This document shows positions 22,751 through 51,600 of a stretch of 64,000 bases of DNA, in pieces. Made by a program: the position numbers and the translations under genes. The stretch spans positions 1 through 64,000 of the forward strand of contig NIVC01002048.1 in the NCBI GenBank assembly GCA_002269645.1, in the 5' to 3' direction. Under the pieces are notes generated by a model. The model saw only the letters and a list, made by a program, of their open reading frames with translations. It searched no databases and had not been told where the DNA came from. Origin of the DNA: Macrostomum lignano. Taxonomy: Eukaryota. How positions within the stretch are numbered: the first letter of the stretch is position 1; each line of letters begins with the position of its first letter.

Positions 22751-25569
22751 TTAGCCATGTACATGTACATGTTGTATTCTTGGCTTTGTCCCCCCCCACC
22801 ATAAAATCCATCCCCTGCACTGGAACATCAATTTAAGAAGCACGCAATACATGTGTATTTTCATTAAAATATCTTCATCCAAGAAAGAACAGAAACTATG
22901 AAATTTAAACTTATCAAAGAAACTATAGCTTATGAATTAACTTATGAAATAATTAGGCTTATAAAATAACTGCTAAAACTACAGCAGTATGCCAGAATTT
23001 AATATAACAGATTAATATGCCGTGCATACATGTACGCTACAGTGTACGTGTAAATTAAAAGAATAATCTATATCTTTATAATCACTGCCGCAATTCAAAT
23101 GCAAAAATGGCAAATTGGGTGATGAAAAATGATTTTTACTATCTAGCTTGTATTATTTTACAGAAAATTGGACTCCTAAAATAATTACACCATTCACCAT
23201 CACTGAGATTGTGCAGCGTCATTACTGCTGCTATGCTGCTATGGTCCTAACTTGCAGGTATGGTCAGTTGTGAAACAAGAAGCGTCTTTTAGAAGTGTAG
23301 AAGCATTTTAGAGGAACTATCAATAAATATTGTACGGTAGTCCACGTTATATAGCAACATTTAGAATACTGCTCCATCGCGAGATTCTCCAAATTTAATT
23401 CTCCAAATGATAGTATAATAATAAGAAACCGTTATTTTTTGTATTTGTAACAACAGGGCCATTAACTCAGGGACGACCACTATAGTATAAAAAGACGTAA
23501 AACTCAAAGATCGTGCAGTTTTTAGAGTTGGTCAGTGGTGCATCACAAAATCGATGATGTTGAGCTGAGTAACGGCTTCGTAAAAAAGAATAACAAAGCT
23601 AGAATATCTTTGCACACTCTCCGGAAATATTACAAAGTAGCTATAAAAAATTAGAAGATTTGTTTTTATTTATACTATTTCGCAAGTTGTTTAAGGTTTT
23701 ATTGAAAGTTTTAAATTGACTTCCAGGATAGTTTGGTTAGACTTTGAATACCGGATGGAATAATTAATTAAATTCACAAAGTGAAGTGAGTCATCCTATA
23801 TACTTAGTTATTATCTAATCCCCAATTATTGATAGATACTAGATAATGCATACCGAGATCCAGAGTGTGATTTTAATTAATCTCATACCCAAACTTGCAG
23901 TACTCATGCCAAAAACAGACAGCTAGCTAAGAAGTCGAATGTCGTACGAGTACATTGTACATTGTATAATAATCGTACATTTTTCATATAAGTACATATA
24001 AATATATACATAAATAAAAGGTTCTCTTGCATTGCAAAATTTCATTTCTTCAATCTAGTTATAGTTCAAGCTCGCCTCAAACTCACTATCTAACCTTACC
24101 ACCACCTATCCCTCTTCTGCCCTGCCCTACTATACCATTGCACTAATAATTGTTCTGCTAATTAAAAATCACTAACTCAAGTTTTACTTTTCTATTTAAA
24201 ACTGTACTACCCAATCTTGTTAATGTTGACTATAAAGGCCTAGACTAAAAAAATAGGGCCTAATAAATTAGTAAACTAGTCTTAGTAAATTAAAAAATAC
24301 CATTGGACTAAATTTTATATCAAAGTGCTTCTAATATTAATTGATAAGGGCCTAGGCCTAGATAATTAAAATATATTGTTAAAATTATAGCATTTTTTTA
24401 TTCTTTCTTTTGAATTGAATATAGTAGTTATTATAATCTTTAGAAGTCCATTGTTGCTATAGTCATATAGACTATAGATATAGCTATAGGAAATTATTAT
24501 AATAAATATGGAGTTTTAAATAGATCATATGATACAATAGATATAGTTATAAGAACATATATTCCCATGGCCATATCTTTAGGCTGTTCAAAAGCTCCAA
24601 AAACTTGTCTTTAAAGACTATTGAAATTATTAAATTGATAGATAAAGGTAGAGCAATAGATATTTATTTAGAAATAAAAAATATTGTTAATTTCATAGCT
24701 TTTATAAGGCAAGCTCTTAAGTCCCTAGTGTTAGACTCTAAATAATAAATATTTTTCAATTTTATATGCCCATTGCATAATAGGGATGGTAAGGACTAAT
24801 ATTAAAATGATTTTTTTTTATTTTCATTGCAAGGGAAGCTTTTGATTCCTTTGAGTTAGAGACTCAAACAACTGAGATTTTTAAAGCCATATGCACATTA
24901 TTATTGGGGTGGTAGGGGCTAAAGTTAAGATGAATAGAAGCCAATGATAAAGCTTTTGTCACTATCAAAGAAGGCTAGAATGCAAACAATTTAGGAAATT
25001 TTTGCTACCAAATCATTTTGGGAACCAATTGATTAGCAGGCCATCACTCTTATAGAAGATCTTAGTAAAAATGGAGATTTTGTTAATTTATCTATTAATC
25101 ATTATAAGAATAGAAATGAGAAAGGAAAGAGGAAAGAAAAAGGGAAAAAATAACGAGGAAAGGTAAGAGGAGAGATAAAAAGAGAGAAGGGGGAGAGAGC
25201 AATAGAGAGAGGAGATTGAAAAGTCAAAATGGCAATTAAGTTGATAGACATTAAGCTACCATAGATATATTCTGCATCATCTGGAGAATAATATTCATAC
25301 CTACATTACTGCAGTAGTAATGCCCAATAGCAGGTTATCGTTTTTTACTAATAAGTTTAATAATGTTTAATACCATTTAAATATTAGTAGATATTAAATA
25401 TATAATAAATATAATAAATAAATATTATAGTGGTATAATGTTTATACCTTTTAAATTGAAAATGAATCAATATACAAAAAATGATTTTCTATTTGTTTTC
25501 AGTTCATTTGAAAATCCATTACAGCAAGCAATCGCAAGGCTTTAATAATTTATTAACAAGCTGACTGTC

Positions 25570-40983
<15,414 letters not shown>

Positions 40984-41031
40984 CCAGATTTACCGTTTGA
41001 CCCTTGTTGATTGAGCGATTCTTATTAATTC

Positions 41032-41500
41032 AGTGACTCCTTGTGTTTCTGTGACCCTGAGTGACTCAATGGCTAATGTGACCCCTAGTGACTCAGTGAC
41101 CTATAGTGACTTAGTGACCTCTAGTGACTCAGTGACCTATAGTGCTTCGGTGACCTATAGTGACTCAGTGACCCCTAGTGACTCAGTGACCTATAGTGAC
41201 TTAGTGACCTCTAATGACTCAGTGACCTATAGTGCTTCGGTGACCTATAGTGACTCAGTGACTGACTTTGTGACCCCTAGTGACTCAGTGACTTAGTGAC
41301 CTATCGTGACTCAGTGACCTATAGTGCTTCGGTGACTAGCACTCGGTGACCTATAGTGACTCAGTAACTGACTATGTGACCTCTAGGGGCTCAGTGACCT
41401 ATAGTGATTCGGCGACCTATAGTGATTCAGTGACCTATAGTGACTCAGTGACTGACCTTGTAACCCCAACTGACTCAGTGACCCCTTAAGTGACTCAGAG
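41032..41500. repeat. About 18-bp minisatellite just 3' of the CYFIP stop
   Basis: GTGACCTATAGTGACTCA. Confidence 0.9.
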
Positions 41501-42742
41501 GGTTTAGTGTAGTCTATGTTGTGTCATAGATTATCCTTAACTTTTTCCCTGAAATGCCATTTACCTCTTAAGTTTTTATAAAATCTCACCTACTAACCTG
41601 TTTTATATATTCAGTAAATTTGCCCATGATTTGTCTCTCCTTTTAAGTGCCTAATTAAGATAATAGTTGGAATTTTTCCTAAACAAAATTTTATTATTTA
41701 AACACTGCAACCTTTAAGCACTGATATGCTATAAACGTTTTACCTGCAACTACTGTGTGTACCTGCGCGCCATCAATATAACAAGTTCATTCTGGCTTTA
41801 AAATGTTATCTATCGATACATATCGGCTGGTTTCAATGTACATTTAACCTGTGTGCTGTTATATATAGTGTGCTAAATTTTTCAATTTTAAATAACAAGC
41901 GTAATTTGAGTTGAAAGTATTTAATGTCAACAATGGGTGTTATTTATTATCTTTGTAATCCTTCTTAGTTTACTAAGTCGGTAATCACTTCCATTTTGCT
42001 AAGTTTATATGCCAATGCTGATGCCATCTTATTCGATCATTTTTTAATAATGAACCAAAATTTACCGCACTGCGCTACTTAACCAAGCATGGCAGTAGTA
42101 TATTTGGTGCGAGTAGCTATTTTAAATTTTCAATTCCAGTTAGGCAACAAATTGTATATAAACACAGCTCGTTTATGTGTAACATTTTGCGAGCTTCTAA
42201 CATTTTTTGATATTCTTGATTTTAGAAAACTCTATAACTACTTTCCGTTCAGTAGTTGAGAGGGGTTTTGATGCCTTTTTAAAAAATAATATATGAAAAA
42301 TTTACAGAATAGAAATTTCTGTCGAGTGTAAAAAAATACTAAATCTATTTTTGTAACCTACTTTTCGTGAATTTGAAATTTCCTGAAAACTTCTGGGAGC
42401 CGAGTACAAAACTATACATTTAGCTTAGGGAATGCAAGCAGTATTGACAGAGAACATGCATCCAGTCCGTGATATATAAAGGTCGATTTCACAAGCTTGA
42501 AACTTCATATCTTCAGACGCTAAACTGTATAAGCTGGAAAATTCACAAGGCTGATTAAAACTTCACACTCTTATAACTTCACAATCTTGAAACTTCACAA
42601 TTTATTGAGGACGTTCAAGCTACTTACTTGCATGCAGTAAGTAGTATAAACTGGCCAATAAAGCTACACACATGAAACAATGTCGCCAGCTATTTATAAG
42701 ACCCTCTCTTATCTTGGCGCCACACTCGCTTCGGCCAGTGCG

Positions 42743-42815
42743 GATCCCGTGGTGTAGTGGTTATCACATCTGTCTAACACACAGAAGGTCCCCAGTTCGA
42801 GCCTGGGCGGGATCA
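42743..42815 (+). tRNA. trnV-AAC: tRNA-Val (anticodon AAC)
   Basis: 73 nt; acceptor stem GATCCCG/CGGGATC plus discriminator A; anticodon arm TCTGT-CTAACAC-ACAGA; A box TGGTGTAGTGG, T loop GTTCGA; oligo-T Pol III terminator immediately downstream. Confidence 0.95.
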
Positions 42816-43374
42816 ATTCTTTTTCTTGGAATTTATGATCCTTTTTAGTTTGGTTTCGAAAATTTATTTAAATTTAATAATAAAAAAGACTTGTGTGGTC
42901 CTTTTTTAATAGGCCTGATTACGACTGACTTTTTCAACAAAAAACAAAAATCGAAGATCTGCCCCGTGGTCTCTACTTGTAAAGTAGTATCAGTCCTATC
43001 ATACGCTGCCTAGAAGGTAATATAAACAACTGCTCATGTTACGCACAAAGAAGCAATTAACAAGGCGATTAGCTTCCTTCAAGTCCTGACTACCCCACTA
43101 ACCAAGGCAGATTCTCGAGCGAAACCTGACTTCTGTCATTGTCTTCTTCTGCCCTCTAATTTTCTGCTTCTGGCTTAAGTGGACGGGCAAGTCGTCTTCT
43201 CTGATTCTCTCTCTGGAGCAAGACAAATTAGAAATGATAGTATTGTGAACTTACTTTATAAGGCTTATAGTAGCACAACTGTTTTGAGTAATGTACATGT
43301 GACCTCTGAGCACCACTTGGTTTCGGGTCATACAGCTATACGAGTGGTCAATGCTATGCAACACCGTCTTGCAC

Positions 43375-44385
43375 CCTGTCTCTCTTCATGTCTCACCCTG
43401 TCTCTCTTCATGTCTCACCCTGGTCTCTCTTCATGTCTCACCCTGATTCGCATGTCTCACCCTGTCTCTCTTAGTGTTTCACACTGTCTCTCATCGTGTC
43501 TCACCCTGTTTCTTTCTTGTCTCACGCTGCCTCTCCTCGTGTCTCACCCTGTCTCTCATAGTGTCTCACCCTGTCTCTCTTCTTGTCTCACCCTGCCTCT
43601 CCTCGTGTCTCACCCTGTCTCTCATAGTGTCTTACCCTGTCTCTCATAGTGTCTCACCCTGTCTCTCTTCATGTCTCACCCTGATTCTCATGTCTCACCC
43701 TGTCTCTCTTCATGTCTCACCCTGTCTCTCTTCATGTCTCACCCTGATCTCTCTTCATGTCTCACCCTGTCTCTCTTCATGTCTCACCCTGATTCTCATG
43801 TCTCACCCTGTCTCTCTTCATGTCTCACCCTGATCTCTCTTCATGTCTCACCCTGTCTCTCTTCATGTCTCACCCTGTCTCTCTTCCTGTCTCACCCTGT
43901 CTCTCTTCATGTCTCACCCTGTCTCTCTTCATGTCTCACCCTGTCTCTCTTTATGTCTCACCCTGTCTCTCTTCATGTCTCACCCTGTCTCTCTTCATGT
44001 CTCACCCTGTCTCTCTTCATGTCTCACCCTGTCTCTCTTCATGTCTCACCCTGTCTCTCTTCATGTCTCACCCTGTCTCTCTTTATGTCTCACCCTGTCT
44101 CTCCTCGTGTCTCACCCTGTCTCTCTTTATGTCTCACCCTGTCTCTCCTCGTGTCTCACCCTGTCTCTCTTTATGTCTCACCCTGTCTCTCATAGTGTCT
44201 CACCCTGTCTCTCTTCATGTCTCACCCTGATCTCTCTTCGTGTCTCACCCTGTCTCTCCTCGTGTCTCACCCTGTCTCTCTTAGTGTCTCACCCTGTCTC
44301 TCTTCCTGTCTCACCCTGTCTCCCTTCATGTCTCACCCTGTCTCTCTTCTTGTCTCACCCTGTCTCTCTTCTTGTCTCACCCTGC
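43375..44385. repeat. 22-bp pyrimidine-rich minisatellite
   Basis: TGTCTCACCCTGTCTCTCTTCA. Confidence 0.94.
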
Positions 44386-45587
44386 ATCTTTCGTTTCTCA
44401 CGATCCGTCAGCCAGCAGCTCTCCCTGCTATGCCAGAGCAATCATTGCTTCGTCCTGTCTGCGCAGGAAGACTCTGAGTGCACGCAATTCGAGCAGAGTC
44501 GCAACATTTATCCAACAAATGAGTTTGCTGGGCCATCCACGAAGTGGCACCCTGGGGGGGAGCAGCGTGAAACTTGAGAAGCGCTAATCACAGCTCTGCT
44601 CTCCGCCCCCCCCCCTCTCTCCATCACTGACTTTAAAGGCATTTCATCTGAGAGCCCGCATTGCGCCCCCTACGAGCGCATTTTGCAGACAAGGGGCACC
44701 CCAGGTGTGTGGGGTTAGCTCCGTACCCAGATAAATAATAGAGGGAAGCTGAATATAGGCAAAAATGATGACGCCAGGGACCGCTGCTAGTAGAAACTTG
44801 GACTGGAAGTGGATCCGCTGTCGCACCTCGAACCTATACCCAGAATCTGAAAACTCTAATTTTCTGAAATCAGATGATTTAATAAGATATCTATTTGTTT
44901 TTTGCTTTATTGCATTAAATTTAATAGCTTCCAGTCCAGGTTTACAGCGGTCCTTGAGTTCTCCCGCTTCTATAATAGCCCATTGTCTGAGAAGCTTTAT
45001 CAAGCAAGGGGTGCCAGTGGGGGAGCGCCATGGGGGGCGAGGGAGGCGATGAGATGAACGCTCTGGGCTGCTGTCAAAGGCGCAGGTGTTAACATAGACA
45101 GACCGTTTTAACAAAGGCAAGTAGCAAAATTTGACTTTTTGACTTGAAGAGCTCCGCTTTAATTTAGGACTGCACAGACTCCAAGGTATTTGTTGTTTTA
45201 TTTTCATTGTCATTATGATTTATAATCAGAAAAATTAACATCAAATGGGATATGAAGACAGACTGGGGATATGAAGACAGACTGGGGATATGAAGATAGA
45301 CTGGGGATTTATAGCTGAAATAAGACTCTTAGTAAACAGAAATAGCTCGTTATTACAGTTTAGCAACCAGAATGCAACATTAGGACAAAACAGGACAAAA
45401 AGCTTTATAGATAAAAATTATCTTATTTTTTGACATCGCTATTTTATTATGTATTCAGTCAAGGAGTTTTTCTAAAAAAATTCTCAGGCTAAGCTTTTAA
45501 ATCGTTTTAAAATGCTTATTTGTCTTTCTGTAGCTTTATAGCTTCTGTCAGTGAAGTGATAATTAAACCGACCGCTGAAGCAGCCAC

Positions 45588-45864
<277 letters not shown>

Positions 45865-45952
45865 TCTATCTTCTACGAACTCATGGACAACTGATTGGTA
45901 ATTTTAATTAGTGTAAGTCTGAATATTTTGAGTTCGTTCAGCGACAGCAGCT

Positions 45953-46603
45953 TCAGGCGGTTGCGGTCGTCTCCACGGAGTCCTGCTGCTGGTGGGTCCT
46001 GGCGTGTTTGGCCAGGTGGTCCGACCTGGTGAACCGCTTGCCGCAGGCGGAACAGCCGAACCGCCTTTCACCTGTGTGAGTTCGCACATGTCGCTGCAGC
46101 TCGTCCGACCTGGTGAACCGCTTGCCGCACAGGGTCCAGTGGCACAGGAAGGGCCGTTCGCCCGTGTGCCAACGCAGATGAGCTTTCAGGTGGGAAGTTT
46201 TGCTGTACACCTTGCCGCAGCCCGGCACGTGGCAGTTGTGCAGCCCATTGCTCGCAGTGTTGACGGAGCATCTGAGCTGCTGGTGCTGCAGCTGAGCCTG
46301 CTGGCAGTTCGGGCAGTCACACGGGCTGATCGCTGCTCCATACTTTGAGGTGTTCGACTTTCGTCTAGCGGGCTGCGGCGGCGGTGGCGGAGGCGGCGGT
46401 GGCGGAGGCGGCGGCGGCGGCGGTGGCGGCGGTGGCGAAGTTGGCACCAAGTAGCTGGCAGGCTGGTACGTGCCGGAAAAATAGCAGCTGTATTGGATCT
46501 GCGGCTGACCATATTGATGAAGCTGGTTGGGCAGCTGGGAGTGCCACGCAGTTGAGCAATGCAAGCTTGGAAGTTGGTCAGCCGAGGCGGTTGAGGCAGC
46601 CTC
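45953..46603 (-). CDS. Sp-family (Sp5 or Sp6-9 class) C2H2 zinc-finger transcription factor, main exon; upstream exon not identified
   Basis: Buttonhead box CDCPNCQ followed by three Sp/KLF fingers ([29 protein letters not shown]...TRSDELQRH...TRSDHLAKH). Poly-Pro tract upstream. Phase-0 CAG acceptor at 46606-46604 just downstream of an in-frame TGA; stop at 45953-45955. Confidence 0.9.
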   Translation of the reverse strand, partial: EAASTASADQLPSLHCSTAWHSQLPNQLHQYGQPQIQYSCYFSGTYQPASYLVPTSPPPPPPPPPPPPPPPPPPPPQPARRKSNTSKYGAAISPCDCPNCQQAQLQHQQLRCSVNTASNGLHNCHVPGCGKVYSKTSHLKAHLRWHTGERPFLCHWTLCGKRFTRSDELQRHVRTHTGERRFGCSACGKRFTRSDHLAKHARTHQQQDSVETTATA

Positions 46604-46674
46604 CTGTGTGATTCACAGGTTAATTTTTAGCATGCAGCAAGCATAGTGCCAATTCATACAATATATTTGTTGAG

Positions 46675-47650
46675 CTCACTCATGAACTCAGTCAGTACTT
46701 CAGTCATGAACTCACTCATGAACTCAGTCAGTACTTCAGTCATGAACTCACTCATGAACTCAGTCATTACCTCAGTCATGAACTCAGTCATGAACTCAGT
46801 CAGTACCTCACTCATGAACTCAGACAGTAACTCAGTCATGAACTCACTCATGAAGTCAGTCATTACCTCAGTCATGAACTCACTCATGAAGTCAGTCATT
46901 ATCTCAGTCATGAACTCACTCATGAACTCAGTCATTACCTCAGTCATGAACTCACTCATGAACTCAGTCAGTACCTCAGTCATGAACTCAGTCATGAACT
47001 CAGTCAGTACCTCAGTCATGAACTCAGTCATGAACTCAGTCAGTACCTCAGTCATGAACTCACTCCTGAACTCAGTCAGTACCTCAGTCATGAACTCACT
47101 CATGAACTCAGTCAGTACCTCAGTCATGAACTCAGACAGTAACTCAGTCATGAACTCACTCATGAAGTCAGTCATTACCTCAGTCATGAACTCACTCATG
47201 AAGTCAGTCATTATCTCAGTCATGAACTCACTCATGAACTCAGTCATTACCTCAGTCATGAACTCACTCATGAACTCAGTCAGTACCTCAGTCATGAACT
47301 CAGTCATGAACTCAGTCAGTACCTCAGTCATGAACTCAGTCATGAACTCAGTCAGTACCTCAGTCATGAACTCACTCATGAACTCAGTCAGTACCTCAGT
47401 CATGAACTCACTCATGAACTCAGTCAGTACCTCAGTCATGAACTCACTCCTGAACTCAGTCAGTACCTCAGTCATGAACTCACTCATGAACTCAGTCAGT
47501 ACCTCAGTCATGAACTCACTCATGAACTCAGTCAGTACCTCAGTCATGAACTCACTCATGAACTCAGTCAGTACCTCAGTCATGAACTCACTCCTGAACT
47601 CAGTCAGTACCTCAGTCATGAACTCAGTCATGAACTCAGTCAGTACCTCA
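46675..47650. repeat. 12-bp-based repeat with a 36-bp higher-order unit (probable Sp intron)
   Basis: CAGTCATGAACT CACTCATGAACT CAGTCAGTACCT. Confidence 0.95.
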
Positions 47651-48619
47651 ATAAGCACCCCACCCACGCCAGGCAGCTCTTTGTCAAGTCTGTCATGCGC
47701 GTGTTTGTTATTTTTTTACTGTGTATAAAGTGTTATTCTTTTGCTACTTTCTCCTGAAGACAGACGAATGGAGAGGGAACAGGGGAGGAGTGAGGATAAA
47801 TTTGAACTATCTGCATCCTCAAACGCCAACTGCCATATAAAGGAGGTGGCTTAAAAGGGGACAGAGAGGAGGCGCTCATCATGCCATCTGTCGAGTTGCG
47901 AACTGATTCCGAATTTAGCCCTGCTTCAAGTATATTTTATGCATCTCCTCTTCTCGGGATTGGAAATTAGCATACGCGAGGAACAAATAGAGGAGGGCTG
48001 TCTATGGCCGGGCCAGCTTCCTATACGGGGATTTTGTTCTTGGGATATTTTGATTCACTTATCTCATAAATCTGATCCTACTTATGGATTCACGAACTCA
48101 CGAACTCACAAAATCATTTCTTAAGTCTTGAAGCCATAAAAATCACTTATTTTTTCATTCATTCACTCACCTGATAATGAACGCCAAAGTTTGACATAAC
48201 AATTGGCTAATGGGTTCAAAATTATTGCGTCGATTCTCTGAAGCTTTCAGGATTTTTTTAATGGGCCAAATTAACAACAGTAGCAGTTATAAATATCTTA
48301 TAATATTTTTATTAGCAGAATAATTAGCAGATATCTTAGAACTCGAGAAGCAGATTGAAGAGTGAGTTCTGCTTTGTCCAAACATGAAGGCGGGGTCGGC
48401 AAGGAGTCCTTGTCTTTGCCGGCTTGTCATCCACCCACCCCCAGCCCTCACCCTCTCCAACTCCAGTTTGATGGGTCCACGTGTCTCATTGGACAGCGCC
48501 TGTCAACAACTCCCTGCCTCCGTTCTGACACTCGCGTGGCGTCTCCGGCTCTGCTTCATTGGCCAGCGTCCTCCATCCCAGCTTCCTAATGGCATTCTGC
48601 TATGCTGTTCTCACTACTA

Positions 48620-51600
48620 ACTCTATCCGTGTCTATTCCCCATTCTCTATCCGTGTCTATTCCCCATTCTCTATCCGTGTCTATTCCCCATTCTCTATCC
48701 ATGTCTATTCTCCATTCTCTATCCGTGTCTATTCCCCATTCTCTATCCGTGTCTATTCCCCATTCTCTATCCGTGTCTATTCCCCATTCTCTATCCGTGT
48801 CTATTCCCCATTCTCTATCCGTGTCTATTCTCCATTCTCTATCCGTGTCTATTCCCCATTCTCTATCCATGTCTATTCCCCATTCTCTATCCGTGTCTAT
48901 TCCCCATTCTCTATCCGTGTCTATTCCTCATTCTCTATCCGTGTCTATTCCCCATTCTCTATCCGTGTCTATTCCCCATTCTCTATCCGTGTCTATTCCC
49001 CATTCTCTATCCGTGTCTATTCCCCATTCTCTATCCGTGTCTATTCCCCATTCTCTATCCGTGTCTATTCCCCATTCTCTATCCGTGTCTATTCCCCATT
49101 CTCTATCCGTGTCTATTCCCCATTCTCTATCCGTGTCTATTCCCCATTCTCTATCCGTGTCTGTTCCCCATTCTCTATCCGTGTCTATTCCCCATTCTCT
49201 ATCCGTGTCTATTCCCCATTCTCTATCCGTGTCTATTCCCCATTCTCTATCCGTGTCTATTCCCTATTCTCTATCCGTGTCTATTCCCCATTCTCTATCC
49301 GTGTCTATTCCCCATTCTCTATCCGTGTCTATTCCCCATTCTCTATCCATGTCTATTCCCCATTCTCTATCCGTGTCTATTCCCCATTCTCTATCCGTGT
49401 CTATTCCTCATTCTCTATCCGTGTCTATTCCCCATTCTCTATCCGTGTCTATTCCCCATTCTCTATCCGTGTCTATTCCCCATTCTCTATCCGTGTCTAT
49501 TCTCCATTCTCTATCCGTGTCTATTCCCCATTCTCTATCCATGTCTATTCCCCATTCTCTATCCGTGTCTATTCCCCATTCTCTATCCGTGTCTATTCCT
49601 CATTCTCTATCCGTGTCTATTCCCCATTCTCTATCCGTGTCTATTCCCCATTCTCTATCCGTGTCTATTCCCCATTCTCTATCCGTGTCTATTCCCCATT
49701 CTCTATCCGTGTCTATTCCCCATTCTCTATCCGTGTCTATTCCCCATTCTCTATCCGTGTCTATTCCCCATTCTCTATCCGTGTCTATTCCCCATTCTCT
49801 ATCCGTGTCTATTCCCCATTCTCTATCCGTGTCTATTCTCCATTCTCTATCCGTGTCTATTCCCCATTCTCTATCCGTGTCTATTCCCCATTCTCTATCC
49901 GTGTCTATTCCCCATTCTCTATCCGTGTCTATTCCCCATTCTCTATCCGTGTCTATTCCCCATTCTCTATCCGTGTCTATTCCCCATTCTCTATCCGTGT
50001 CTATTCCCCATTCTCTATCCATGTCTATTCGCCATTCTCTATCCGTGTCTATTCCCCATTCTCTATCCGTGTCTATTCCTCATTCTCTATCCGTGTCTAT
50101 TCCCCATTCTCTATCCGTGTCTATTCCCCATTCTCTATCCGTGTCTATTCCCCATTCTCTATCCGTGTCTATTCCCCATTCTCTATCCGTGTCTATTCCC
50201 CATTCTCTATCCGTGTCTATTCCCCATTCTCTATCCGTGTCTATTCCCCATTCTCTATCCGTGTCTATTCCCCATTCTCTATCCGTGTCTATTCCCCATT
50301 CTCTATCCGTGTCAATCCCCATTCTCTATCCGTGTCTATTCCCCATTCTCTATCCGTGTCTATTCCCCATTCTCTATCTGTGTCTGTTCCCCATTCTCTA
50401 TCCGTGTCTATTCCCCATTCTCTATCCGTGTCTATTCCCCATTCTCTATCCGTGTCTATTCCTCATTCTCTATCCGTGTCTATTCCCCATTCTCTATCCG
50501 TGTCTATTCCCCATTCTCTATCCGTGTCTATTCCCCATTCTCTATCCGTGTCTATTCCCCATTCTCTATCCGTGTCTATTCCCCATTCTCTATCCGTGTC
50601 TATTCCCCATTCTCTATCCGTGTCTATTCCCCATTCTCTATCCGTGTCTATTCCCCATTCTCTATCCGTGTCTATTCCCCATTCTCTATCCGTGTCTATT
50701 CCCCATTCTCTATCCGTGTCTATTCCCCATTCTCTATCCGTGTCTGTTCCCCATTCTCTATCCGTGTCTATTCCCCATTCTCTATCCGTGTCTATTCCCC
50801 ATTCTCTATCCGTGTCTATTCCCCATTCTCTATCCGTGTCTATTCCCCATTCTCTATCCGTGTCTATTCCCCATTCTCTATCCATGTCTATTCGCCATTC
50901 TCTATCCGTGTCTATTCCCCATTCTCTATCCGTGTCTATTCCTCATTCTCTATCCGTGTCTATTCCTCATTCTCTATCCGTGTCTATTCCCCATTCTCTA
51001 TCCGTGTCTATTCCCCATTCTCTATCCGTGTCTTTCCCCATTCTCTATCCGTGTCTATTCCCCATTCTCTATCCGTGTCTATTCCCCATTCTCTATCCGT
51101 GTCTATTCCCCATTCTCTATCCGTGTCTATTCCCCATTCTCTATCCGTGTCTATTCCCCATTCTCTATCCGTGTCAATCCCCATTCTCTATCCGTGTCTA
51201 TTCCCCATTCTCTATCCGTGTCTATTCCCCATTCTCTATCTGTGTCTGTTCCCCATTCTCTATCCGTGTCTATTCCCCATTCTCTATCCGTGTCTATTCC
51301 CCATTCTCTATCCGTGTCTGTTCCCCATTCTCTATCCATGTCTATTCCCCATTCTCTATCCGTGTCTATTCCCCATTCTCTATCCGTGTCTATTCCCCAT
51401 TCTCTATCCGTGTCTATTCCCCATTCTCTATCCGTGTCTATTCCCCATTCTCTATCCGTGTCTATTCTCCATTCTCTATCCGTGTCTATTTCCATTCTCT
51501 ATCCGTGTCTATTCCCCATTCTCTATCCGTGTCTATTCCCCATTCTCTATCCGTGTCTATTCTCCATTCTCTATCCGTGTCTATTCTCCATTCTCTATCC

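Noticed and set aside
22380-22830. G/C-tract-bounded MITE candidate around the 21-bp repeat
   Set aside because: Only short local palindromes (GGGGGACATGCCCCC); no convincing TIR pair or TSD identified.
43179-44587. SHPVSL-repeat ORFs and the unique tail at 44400-44590
   Set aside because: 22-bp minisatellite; the unique tail has no recognisable domain or supported splice partners.
46646-47728. 360-aa and 337-aa SVMN/TEFM ORFs
   Set aside because: 12/36-bp repeat translation.
47835-47842. TATA box TATAAAAG
   Set aside because: On the + strand, opposite to the neighbouring Sp gene, with no downstream + strand gene identified.
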